Origin: Paraspadella gotoi
Lineage: Eukaryota; Animalia; Chaetognatha
Reading direction: 5' to 3'
DNA length: 63,811 nt
Assembly: GCA_051294375.1 (NCBI GenBank)
Contig: CM119270.1
Location: 17,356,077 to 17,419,887, forward strand
Part shown: positions 38,050 to 48,862 of the stretch, in pieces
Layout: the number at the start of each line of letters is the position of its first letter
Numbering within the stretch: position 1 is the first letter of the stretch
Translations under genes and position numbers: made by a program
Notes under the pieces: model-generated
The model's input: only the letters and a program-made list of their open reading frames with translations
Told to the model about the DNA's origin: nothing
Databases searched by the model: none

Positions 38050-41000
38050 CGAAAAACTTATTTCTTCTCTGCGACCGGGGCCGTCGCACAAAAAATTGAA
38101 AAAACTTCTGCGCCCCCGTTTAAGATAAAAAATGTCTGGCCGTATAGAACGGACGCAGACTAGTCCTTGCCGCGGTTACGGACGCAGGACTAAACAAAAA
38201 AAATAAATATTTGTCTGGCCGTATAGAACGGACGCAGACCAAAAAACGAAAAAAAATTGTCGGCCGTAAAGGAGACGGACGCGGACACAAAAAACGAAAA
38301 ATACTAAGAGAGAGTTACTAACTATAGAATCCGTTATTTCGTTGAAACGTCGTCAGATGAAATTTTCTGTGAAAACCACTGACCAAATGACGAACGACGA
38401 ACCGAATCCGTTGGGTTCTGTAAATAGAAAAGGCACGAAATAAAAAATTAAGAAATAAATAATTATAACTTATTTACAGTGTGCGGAAAAATGTAGATTA
38501 AAAACCAGCCTAGGTAATTTATAATCAAAGGTACATTTTTGCGACTTTATCTTATCATAAGCACATTTAATAATTGTTTAGGATGCCTGACTGAGAAAAT
38601 GACTCAGACTGACACAATGCGCGTAATATTACCTACTTTACTATGCCAAATAAAATAAGTAAATCACGCGACATTTAACCACCAATATTTAAATAGCTCA
38701 GTGGTTTTAACAGGGGAGGGAGCTTCCGTAAACCCCAAACCTTTAAACAATGATTCTATGTGCTGTAACAAGATTTTAGCCCCCATATCTCCAGAAGGGA
38801 GGTTAGGGCTGTATGTTAAACCCGTCCCGGCAAACAACTTCAAAAAAAAAATATAAAACAATCTCAAATATCTCCCCGCCGGGACCCCACGGACACCAAG
38901 GCTGCCCATTATACACAAGAGAGCGGGCGTCGGAGATGGAAACTCAACAACGTCCCTCTCTACCTGCTGCCTGCAGACTTAAGGACCGCGCCTGTCCTTA
39001 CGGCCCTTCGTCCGACCCCGGGCGGAGCACTTGCCCTTTGACGACTGGGTGGACGGCTCAAATAGCCGTCGAAGCTCACCGAGTGCCTCCGGGGATCTCT
39101 CTCTTCATCAATCTCGAGCGGCGTCACGGGAGGCCGTAGAGGCCCCGGACGCCCGCTCAGGCCTCCATACGGCGTCACTTGGGGCTGAAATAGCCCCGGA
39201 CGCCCGTCCCCGCTCTTGATCGGCGTCGCGGGAGGCTGCATGGACCCTGGACGCCCGTTCATGAGCTTCATCTCCTAGATCCATCAAATACTCCGCCTCC
39301 GGGTGCAGCACTAAAACCGCCTCATACTGCCCCTCCTGCAAATCTTGCTCCACCTCAGCAAGATCCGGATCTAATAGTGCCTCATGGCGCGCAGATCCCC
39401 GCACTATAGGCGAACCGGCGGCACGAGCGTCTCCAGATTGGGATGCGGCCGCCACATCATTTTGACTTTTCGATTGCCTATATTGCTGGAACCTTTGCGT
39501 CAAGCGCCGACTATTTTCCCGTCGTTTTGCCGACTCAAGGGGCTGTCGAACAGGAACAGCTGGTCCTTGGCGACCTAGATGCGGGGCAGAAACGTTTGCA
39601 GGTGCCAAGACAAAGTTTGGATCACCTATCGATGGAGGCCTGCATTTTGGGAAACTGTCTTTTGAATATCACTTTAAATATNNNNNNNNNNNNNNNNNNN
39701 NNNNNNNNNNNNNNNNNNNNNNNNNNNNNNNNNNNNNNNNNNNNNNNNNNNNNNNNNNNNNNNNNNNNNNNNNNNNNNNNNCCGTATTGCGTCGCGCAAA
39801 AACGAACTGCGGATTTGGCGGATCAGCGGCAGGCGGAATGCCATCAGCTTCCGTTCCAACGCCCACCGCCTCCTCGCATCCAGGTTCCGGTTCCGGCGGA
39901 TGACGTTCAGTGTTGTCGACGAATTGACGCCGACTTCGTTGAGACGTGACGGCGATTCATGGCAGTGAATCGTCAAATCATTCGACGGAGATGGAGCTTG
40001 AAGACGGTTGACGAGCTGTTGGAGAAGGGCTCATGACGGGGGGAGATGACTGAGCCACGACCCACTCGCCGTACGCGATGTCGCTGAAGGCGTATGACGT
40101 TGAAACAGGTCTCTCTCGACTTCGCCAAGAACTCGTATCACCGGCCTCTGCAAAGCACTTCTTCTCTCAATTCTTTCCATTCTCGTCCTACTTGCGTTTC
40201 GCGGCAGCGGCGGCACACACGCCGTACTCCGCCGATTCACACAACTCTCTCAATCTATCCGACACTCATGAAGATTCGAAACTAAACAAATCCTGCGCAC
40301 TTCCATCGACGCCGACGCGAGACGCTTCATCAATAATCGAGCTACCATTTGAATTCTCGTTGGCGACAAGATTGATGATTGAATGAAGACTCTGTTCTCT
40401 CGTCGTTCCAGATGTAATTGGCGACGTCGTCCCTGGAGATGCCGCAGCAGGCCGTACTGCAATGCTGAGCAAAGCGCCAGACTCGGCTGGCAACTCCTGG
40501 CTAACGCATCCACATCTTCGTCGTCGATAGTTGTGCGCCGATCATCCGTCAACGCCGAAACGGCGTCAAACGGGAAAATGACGGACGTTGCCAATTCGAA
40601 GTTATCTTCAAGAGTCGGTGGAGGGGACGATAATGGTCGGTTGGACGCAGCGTAGTCGTCGTCGGATGGTTTGCAGCTGAAGGACAGGTTGGGCGTCAAG
40701 TCCCGATTCCTTCTGCGTAGTCGTCATCCGTGCTGCGGCGGATACGGAGCGTCCTGTCGATCCTATGCTTTCAACCGATGAAACACGTGTCGACATAGAA
40801 TTAGCCCGCGAATCGAGCTGACGGCAATGCCCAAGGATGTTGCTGAGACGATCGAGGAACTCCGACAAAAGTTCCAACGCCTCGTCATTCCATCTACCTC
40901 TTTCCATCGTGGAACGAATGATTTCACAAGTTGCTTTAGAGTGAATCTATCCGCGTTGGCCTCCGCGATGTTTTCTTCCGTCGGGGCGGCTTTGGCGCGA

Positions 41001-42530
41001 TCGTACGAAATTGCTTGAGCCTCCACCACCTCGTCGACGTTGAGGTTGCGTAGGAAGACGTTGCATTCCTGAAGGGCTTGGCTCGTCGGAATTGAGCCAT
41101 GTCGCCGTGAAGAAGGGTGTCGATATCTCGGATGGCTAAGTTTGGGAGAGGGTATCAGCCGGCCGTCTTGAAGTCGTCGATGTCTTCCTCTTTCGCCACA
41201 CTAGAGCGGGCTTAATCCCGTCTTACAAACAAATGGCGAGGTCCACAAAAGACGCCGAAAGGGGAGTTCCTTGAAGGCTTTCGCACTCGAGCTTCTCGAC
41301 GTATTTTTGATTGCTGGCGCGCTTACTTCTTCCCGTTCCTATTCGTCGCCGCGATGGCATAAAAAGACGGCGTTGAAGTCGAAGGAAGGCTTCGCGAAGA
41401 TCGGTGGCAGCAGACTAACGCAAAGACGAAGAAATAAAAGTCGAAACCGGACTTCAATCTCACTGCCAGTTTCGAGAAGGAGCGGCGATGCACAATCCGT
41501 CGACGTGTCCAAAATTACGCCGACGGCGTCGTCGCTAGTCGAGGATCCCTAATCGCAATGAAAGCAGTCCCGAAGGCGCCGCCGGATCCTTACGTCCGTC
41601 GAAGGCGTTGCAAGGGCCTTCGATTGATGGAAACGTCGACTCGTTCGACACCTAGAGATCGACGCAGGTGGATCTTCTTCCGGTGGAATCCGCAAACTCC
41701 GCCGAGGATTAGAGAGCCTTCGACGAAGCACTTGAGCAGTGTTCCGCAAACGAAGACTTCTAATGTTTTGAACTAAGTTCGGAGAAGTGGCGTCTTTGAA
41801 TTCTAACTGACTAGGCTAATTCTGCACATTGAAGACCAGATGGAATTGGGTATAAAATGGCGCAGAAGAGACGATGGCGCCGGTCCAGACGCCCTGGAGA
41901 TGCTGACGACAAAGTCTCAGTAGACGACGTCGGCTAAGGCCGAAATGACGACTGTCCACTAAGCCCAGGACTTGACAAATGTTTGTAGTAACTTGTAGTC
42001 TAAGAAGAAGTCGTTGTAGAAGTAGCTGAGTCGTAGTTAGAAGTCCTGGGCAAAGAATAACAAAACATTTAGTACAAACTCAGCAAATATATATAAATTT
42101 AAAGAGTCTTTCTTACTTGTTTCTGAAGCCAATATTAACCATAAAAGAGATGCTTCTCTTCATAGAAAAGTCCACCAAACCAGCGATCACACAAAAAATG
42201 AGATTCCGAGATATCTAATAAAAGAGTTTCTAATGCTCTGAAAAGAACTAAAAACCCAGTGACAACTTTGAGATCTGAAGATGCCACGTGGGTAGAATTC
42301 GATTAGAATCTTAATCGAAATCTATCGAAATCACGGGCACCAATCAGAATCAGCTGTACACTGCCTTCGGAATTCTGTACTTAAGTATAAACAAAAGAGA
42401 GAGCCTAAAGATGTCGTGTCGATCGCAAGAATGGAAGCATTTTCGATGTCAGTAATAAAGAGCAAAAGAGCAACGGGGAAAAGATAGAGAAGCTGGATTT
42501 CTCGAATATTAGAGAAGTTATTTCGTAACA
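38050..42530 (-). mobile_element. Decayed GC-rich retroelement-like block (LTR-type suspected), interrupted by a 100-N gap
   Basis: Sharp GC rise; frameshifted coding-like fragments on the minus strand (41230-39782 and 39680-38870); minus strand begins TGTTAC at 42530 with a PBS-like TGGTCTTC at 41838-41831. No RT or integrase motif is visible and no matching second LTR was found. Confidence 0.45.
38134..38287. repeat. Array of four related bulged hairpins
   Basis: GTCTG-G-CCGT(ataga)ACGG-ACG-CAGAC twice, plus variants at 38161-38192 and 38258-38287. Confidence 0.7.
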
Positions 42531-42612
42531 GTAAGTATTTTAAGTATTTTTATTCAGTGAGTAAAATAACAACTTTTTTATTTGCTAATTTTTATCTCGG
42601 ACTCTCTCTCTT

Positions 42613-42650
<38 letters not shown>

Positions 42651-43086
42651 GCAATTGCAACGATCCTTATGCTCATTTTTCTGCTCTCTTTCTCTCTCTC
42701 TCTCTCTCTCTTTAGCAATTGCGACGATCCTTATGCTTTAGGATATTTTTTAACTTGCATCATTTTTCTGCTTGCATCATTTTTTCAACTTGCATCATTG
42801 TTTTAAATTGCATCAGTTTTTCACATTAATTAATTAATTAATTAAAACATTTATTAGTAATCATAAATTAGTAATCATAAATAATAAAGATTAATACATC
42901 CTGCATATACATTTAATATAAAAGGAAAAAGAATCAAAAATCAATTAGTGAAACAGGTTTTTTTTTCATTTAAACTCATTTCCACTCAAAAGATTCCATC
43001 GAAACTTGGTTTCCTGTTCAATCACACACTTTTCTACTCACATACAAAATCAAGTCAATCGATAATTAAGTGGTAATAAGCTAACT

Positions 43087-43394
43087 TGGTCAACTGGCAT
43101 AATTTAATCAACTTGCATAATTTGTCAACTGACATAAGTTGGTTAACTGACATAATTTGGTCTACTGACATAATTTTGTCAACTGACATAATTTGGTCAA
43201 CTGACATAATTTGGTCAACTGACATAATTTGATCAATTAAGATAATTTGGTCAACCGCATAATTTGGTCAACTGGCATAATTTTATCAACCAGCCTAATT
43301 TGGTCAACTTGCAGAATTTGGTCAACTGGCATAATTTGGTCAACTTTAATTATTTGGTCAACTGGCCATATTTTTGTCAATTGGCATAATTTGG

Positions 43395-43398
<4 letters not shown>
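43087..43398. repeat. 18-bp tandem repeat TGGTCAACTGACATAATT, about 17 diverged copies
   Basis: Visible periodicity; produces the WSTGII pseudo-ORF. Confidence 0.9.
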
Positions 43399-43433
<35 letters not shown>

Positions 43434-43828
43434 TCATCAGAGAGAGATAGAGAGAGAGAAACTTTAAAAAATTCAAATGAATGTGTCTTTTGGTTTTCTA
43501 ATTTGAACTCTTTTCCACTCCTACGATTCCATCAAAAAATTTATATCCAGCTTTATCACATACTTTCCTACCCACACACAAATTCAATTTCGATTTATCT
43601 ATTTCAATTTTAATAAACATAATAATTATGAGTAAATTTAAGTAAAAATACTTCAGGTAAATATGACTTTGGTTTTTCCATTTTAACTCATTTCCACTCG
43701 CACGATTCCATCGAAACTTTTTATCCAGCTCAATAACACACTTTCCTACCATCATACAAAATTTCAAGTCAATTGCCCTATCCACTCATGAGCAATTGGC
43801 GTTCAAATAGTGAAATATATTTTTTTGT

Positions 43829-43977
43829 TTTTAGTCGGATCTGCTTTCAGCAGATCCCGACTCTATTATTCACTTTGTCGGTCCGCCCCCTCAATATTGT
43901 CGGGCAGTCACTTATCAAGTTATATCATATCAGAACATCGAATTATGATAAATTATGCAAAAAAAAGATGTCCGTCC

Positions 43978-44028
<51 letters not shown>

Positions 44029-44590
44029 CGTCCGTCCGTCCGTCCAACCTTAGCAAAAAACACCAATTACTCGTGAAAATGAGTGGAAATGAGTTTAAAT
44101 GGAAAAAACAAAAAAATATATTTCATATTTGAACACCAATTATTCATGATAGGGCGATTGACTTGAAATTTTATATTTGGGTAGAAAAGTGTGTGATTAA
44201 ACTGGAAATCAAGTTTCGATGGAATCGTTTGAGTGGAAATGAGTTTAAATGGAAAAAAACAAAGAACCTGTTTCACTAATTGATTATGCTTCTTTTTCTT
44301 TTTATTTTAAATGTAAATGCGAGATGTACAAATTAATCAAATAATAATCATCAGTTAATTAATTAGTCAATTAGTCAATTAATTAATAAATAATTAATTA
44401 ATCTGTCAATTAATCAATCAAAACGGACATTTCGGATCAAATTGCCTAATTAATTAAATAATTGACTTGAATTAATTAATTTTTAATTAAATAATTAATT
44501 AACTTGAATTAATTATTAATCAATTAATATTAATTAATTATTTAAGATAATGATTGTGGGCAGATCCGACATTGTTTGCTCAAACTTGTT
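43829..44590 (+). mobile_element. HINE / DINE-1-like element, full length, nested
   Basis: Both termini intact; (GTCT)n(GTCC)n at 43970-44045; inserted in a T run with no TSD. Confidence 0.82.
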
Positions 44591-45115
44591 TCCATTTAAA
44601 CCAATTTCCACTCGCACGATTCCCTCGAAACTCCATCCAATCACGAGTAATTGGATTTTTTGCTAAGGTGGGACGGACGGATGGACGGACGGACGGACAT
44701 CGTTTTTTTTGCATAATTAATCATAATTCGATGTTCTGACATAATATAAGTGTGTGACCGACGGACCGACAAAGTGAATTATAGAGTCGGGATCTGCTGA
44801 TAAGCAGATCCGACTAAAAATGTGAGCCCTTCAGATGCAACACTGTCGGAATCGAGCGTTTTTAAATCTATTTTTTATCGGGGCATTTATAAAGTTTGGT
44901 AGTCAGTCTCCTACATATCTCCTAAACCATTTGATGGATTGTAATAAAAGTTAAATACTGATTATTTTTTTTAAATTATTTTTTCTTATATAATTTAAAA
45001 AAATGTTTTTAGAGAGTGTGTGGAATTTAAAGTTATAAAGTGGCGCATTTTTTTTGCACAGGAGTGTATACGCTTTCAAATTAATCAATTAATACATTTT
45101 ATTATTTTTTTCAAG

Positions 45116-45225
45116 GTGACGTGGTTCTATTAGTAGTTCGTGCCGGTTCAGGAATCGATATTCTCTCTCAGCTCAACCTCACAGAATCTGAATGGGATAA
45201 GCAATTTCAAAACAGCGATAAAAAG
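45116..45225 (+). CDS. Gene A exon 3: start of the C-terminal globular domain
   Basis: Acceptor attatttttttcaag|GT phase 1 matches exon 2; (G)DVVLLVVRAGSGIDILSQLNLTESEWDKQFQNSDKK; donor AAG|GTAGGG phase 0. Confidence 0.8.
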
Positions 45226-45287
45226 GTAGGGACTTTTTTGTTTTGTTTTAAACTATGCATCTTTTTCAGACTTTTTTTATTTTGTAG

Positions 45288-45420
45288 GTGCGTCTGACAT
45301 TCTACAAAGATGGCATTGCTGTTGTTGAATCCCTTTTTGAGGGAAAAAATACGAAACCATACAATTGGTTCACAAAAAATGGCTACAATGAAACAATTGT
45401 AGGCCCAAAATTGGAAAACG
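45288..45420 (+). CDS. Gene A exon 4
   Basis: 62-nt intron, acceptor ttttgtag|GTG; VRLTFYKDGIAVVESLFEGKNTKPYNWFTKNGYNETIVGPKLEN; donor G|GTAAGA phase 1. Confidence 0.85.
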
Positions 45421-45537
45421 GTAAGAACAGATTAAACTTTTTTAGTAGGAGCCAACATCGTTCTTAGAGATCAAGGAAGATTTTTTCAATGGAGATTTTT
45501 GTTCAAATCTTACTACAAAACAATATAAACGCTCCTT

Positions 45538-46062
45538 AACCTTTAAAAATACATTAACATTAAACCTAAAATGAAGTTAACTCAACCCTAACCCTAAACT
45601 ACTCAACCCTAACCCTAAACTACTCAACCCTGACCCTAAACTACTCAACCCTAACCCTAAACTACTACCAACTCAACCCTAACCCTAAACCAACTCAACC
45701 CTAACCCTAACCCTAATCTGAGTTTTGTTTAGGTGAAATCGCCATAACTAAAAGGCTAGATGTAGTTCACAGCTAAATCGCCAAATGGTGAGGGCGTCAT
45801 GGCTAAGTCGCGATTTGGCAATTTTGCACTGAACTACATCTAGCATTCTAGTTTTGGCGATTTTGCCTAAACTAAACTCAGATTACGGTTAGGGTTAGGG
45901 TTGAGTTGGTTTAGGGTTAGGGTTGAGTTGGATTAGGGTTGGGGTTGAGTTGGTAGTAGTTGAGGGTTAGGGTTGAGTAGTTTAGAGTTAGGGTTGAGTA
46001 GTTTAGGGTTAGGGTTGAGTTAAGTTCATTTTAGGTTTAATGTTAATGTAAATTTTAAGGTT
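45538..46062. repeat. About 525-bp palindrome with degenerate CCCTAA / TTAGGG arms; G-rich TTAGGG-containing extension to about 46400
   Basis: The left arm 45538-45769 is the approximate reverse complement of 45830-46062. Confidence 0.88.
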
Positions 46063-46574
46063 TGGGGTAGGGAGGGTGTTGTTGATGGGCTAGGGTTAGG
46101 GAAGGTACTGGCGAGGCACATTAGGGTTGAGGCATGGAGAACATGTTGAACATGAGGCCCGGTTTAGGGTTAGGGTTGGGAGAGTGGCCCGTGGGTGATG
46201 TGTCGAAGGTGGTTAGGGTTAGGGTTGAGGCATGGAGATGTACGGGAGGCCTGGGTTAGGGTTGGGGGAGAGGCACGGAGTTGAATGGGAGGTCTGGTTT
46301 AGGGTTAGGGTTTTGGGAGGGGCCCATGGTTGACGTGTCGAAGGCAGTTAGGGTTGAACGGGAGGTCCGGGTAAGGGTTGGGGGAGGAGCCTATGGGTGA
46401 TGCATTCCTCCCCGTGTCTCAGTATCAGTTGCGAGCCTCTCCTTTAACTCGCGCCTTTCATTATATTCGCTACTTTTATCACTGGTGAGGTCGCCAGTGG
46501 GGTTACTGGCGACATCGCCAGAGCCCTTCTTTGGAAGATTTTCGCCCTAGAAGATTTTTCCCGAATCTGACTCC

Positions 46575-46779
46575 CGTTTTTTTTGCTAAGGTGGGACGAA
46601 CAGATGGACAGACAGTCAGACAGACAGATGAACGGACAGAAATCTTTTTTTGTATGATTTATCATAATTCGATGTTCTGTCATGATATAAGTCAGTGCCC
46701 GACAAGAGGGGGCTGACCGACGCACCGACAAAGTGAATTATAAAGTCGGGATCAGCTGATAAGCAGATCTGACTAATAA
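46575..46779 (-). mobile_element. HINE-family 5' fragment
   Basis: ttttgctaaggtgggac...gtcgggatcagctgataagcagatctgact. Confidence 0.7.
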
Positions 46780-47000
46780 ACGTTTTTGAGAGAAACCAAA
46801 AAAATTCAACAGAGAGAAAGAAAGGGCAGGAAAAAAATCACAACTGTTAATATATTTACAACTCCATAAATATTTTTAAATTATCAATTCAAATTTAATT
46901 TAAAGTCAATTTCACGAGATCATTTTCACCTATATCCAACTGAGTAGTTTTCAGTAAATAATGATATAAACATTCTGTGTATAATTTTTTTGTTGATCAG

Positions 47001-47165
47001 AACAAGAATTTAGAAATGACTTAAGATGTGGTCCTGACTATCCGATCAATGAGAAAGCTGCCATCTGTGATCCAAATGGCGTATATCCTTGCTGTGCCCC
47101 AAGTGGATGGTGTGGAAAAACACAAGGACACTGCCTCTGTGATGAATGTACTGATTACTCGAAAG
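47001..47165 (+). CDS. Gene A exon 5: hevein-like / chitin-binding type 1-like 8-Cys module
   Basis: Acceptor ttttgttgatcag|AA; (E)QEFRNDLRCGPDYPINEKAAICDPNGVYPCCAPSGWCGKTQGHCLCDECTDYSK; CC-x3-GWCG-x5-C motif; donor AAG|GTTTGT; 165 nt, phase 1-1. Confidence 0.88.
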
Positions 47166-47653
47166 GTTTGTGACAAAATAATGCAATTTTCTATCATCAG
47201 ATGGTTTATTAAAAAAAAAATATAAATATTGAAATGAGGCTCATACAGGTTTTCTGAGCTCTCGTCAGATTATTAATTAATTAATTATCTGATCAGCTGC
47301 TTAATTATAATTATTGTTTGCTCAAACTTTTTATTCTTCATATTCTTTAAAAACAAAATGTGACACTAACAGTCGCTTAGATTTGAGGTTCTTCCCGCTC
47401 AGCAAAATTAACAAGAGCAACATTAAATTTTGAGTCATGTGATAGATTTTTAGGGAGATCACGTGACTTCACAAGTATGATACATAATAAATAATATATA
47501 AACAAAAGGTCTTCATTCCAAATAAGAAGTATTTTTAATGTAAGAAGGACAAACCGACGGATAGACATACTGACCGACCAACCGACAGACCGAAAAGTGA
47601 CTTAATAGAGTTGCTCCGCGAAACTTAATTAAAAAAAAAACTATTTGTCACAG

Positions 47654-48054
47654 TGACAATCTTAGGCCCAAATTTTGCGTTAGAAAAATCCGACAAGGTG
47701 TTCTATGTGTACGTAACTGGTTCTCCTTGTGACGGTTACAGGGGATGGATCATGGTTTTAACCAGGTATCACACTTTACAAAAACTACAGAATTTGTCGC
47801 AAGATATTTTAACTACTTTAAAAACCAACAGGAGTGATTCGGCATGCCTTGGTACAATTGCAAATGACAATCTTCTATATCCGCTTCTGGTTTACTCGGC
47901 TGAAGCAGATGGAAGTTCAACTTCTTGGACGACGGGAATTGTAGGCTACGCCGATACCCTGGTCATCGCCGCCGTCTTGGATCCGCCGACCACTACCACA
48001 CAGACCACGTTCACTACACAGACCTTACCGACCCCCCCAGATATATGGCCTTGA
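47654..48054 (+). CDS. Gene A exon 6 (terminal): rest of the globular domain plus a Thr/Pro tail
   Basis: Acceptor tttgtcacag|TG phase 1; open to TGA at 48054. The exon lengths sum to 2712 nt = 903 aa plus stop. Confidence 0.87.
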
Positions 48055-48069
48055 AAATTGAGTTTAAAA

Positions 48070-48075
48070 AATAAA
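48070..48075 (+). terminator. Candidate polyadenylation signal of gene A
   Basis: AATAAA 16 nt after the stop codon; more copies lie downstream. Confidence 0.4.
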
Positions 48076-48862
48076 ATTACCATAAATTTTCAGTCTTGTC
48101 TTTAGTAGGTTGAAATCTGAACCAGGATATAAAACTGTCATCCTAATAAAATTGTTATTAATTTCCATTATTAATTATTTTTAAATGAATGAAAAAGGAA
48201 CAAAAATTTAAAATAAAAAATATATTTAAACAAATTTCACGTCACTATTTTATAAATTTTTATAATATTTTCATAATTAATGTTAATAAAATCGTTACAA
48301 AAATATTGATTGTGCAATATAAGTTCTTTCATTAAATTAACTTGAAAAATCAATAAACATTGAATCTAATGTTTACCATTTATTTTTTATGACTGTTATA
48401 TTCAAAAGCTGTGTTTTAGTAAACCCGGGCTCACTTTCATTGTCTCGATCTTTCGCTCTCTCACAGGCTCTTTTCTCTGTTTCATTCATTGCAAACTTCT
48501 GATCCGAAATGAATCTACTGCGACATTTTCCGCTGATTGTCACAGTTGCTTTCGACTTTGCCGACGTTTTCACCGACATCCGAAAAAAATATTTATTATG
48601 TGGAGCTTTATCTCGATTTTGACATGGCGTTTGTCCAGACCATTCACTGTAGTTACTAGTTATCGCGTTGGGTGCACTTTGATTGTTCCATCGCAGATGG
48701 AATTGGAACCAAAAATGGAATCGGATCCGCGACTCGGGTAAAATCTACCGAGGACTCTCTGATTGGATGAATCATTGTCGGAATCGAACCAATGAGAAGA
48801 CGGGCTTCATGCCATCGGGAAAACGAGCCCACGTCGCTGATCCGATTTTAGAGTATAAATAC

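Larger units (their letters stand above)
42740..44820 (-). mobile_element. Minus-strand HINE-family copy interrupted by a + strand copy
   Basis: The consensus ...atattttttt|tccatttaaac is split at 43828/44591; terminus gtcgggatctgctgataagcagatccgactaaaa at about 44786-44820. Confidence 0.7.

Noticed and set aside
43247-43450. WSTGII repeat ORF
   Set aside because: Translation of an 18-bp tandem repeat within a HINE copy.
45538-46400. Telomere or chromosome-fusion site
   Set aside because: The repeats are degenerate, interspersed with unique sequence, oriented CCCTAA-then-TTAGGG, and lie inside a phase-consistent intron.
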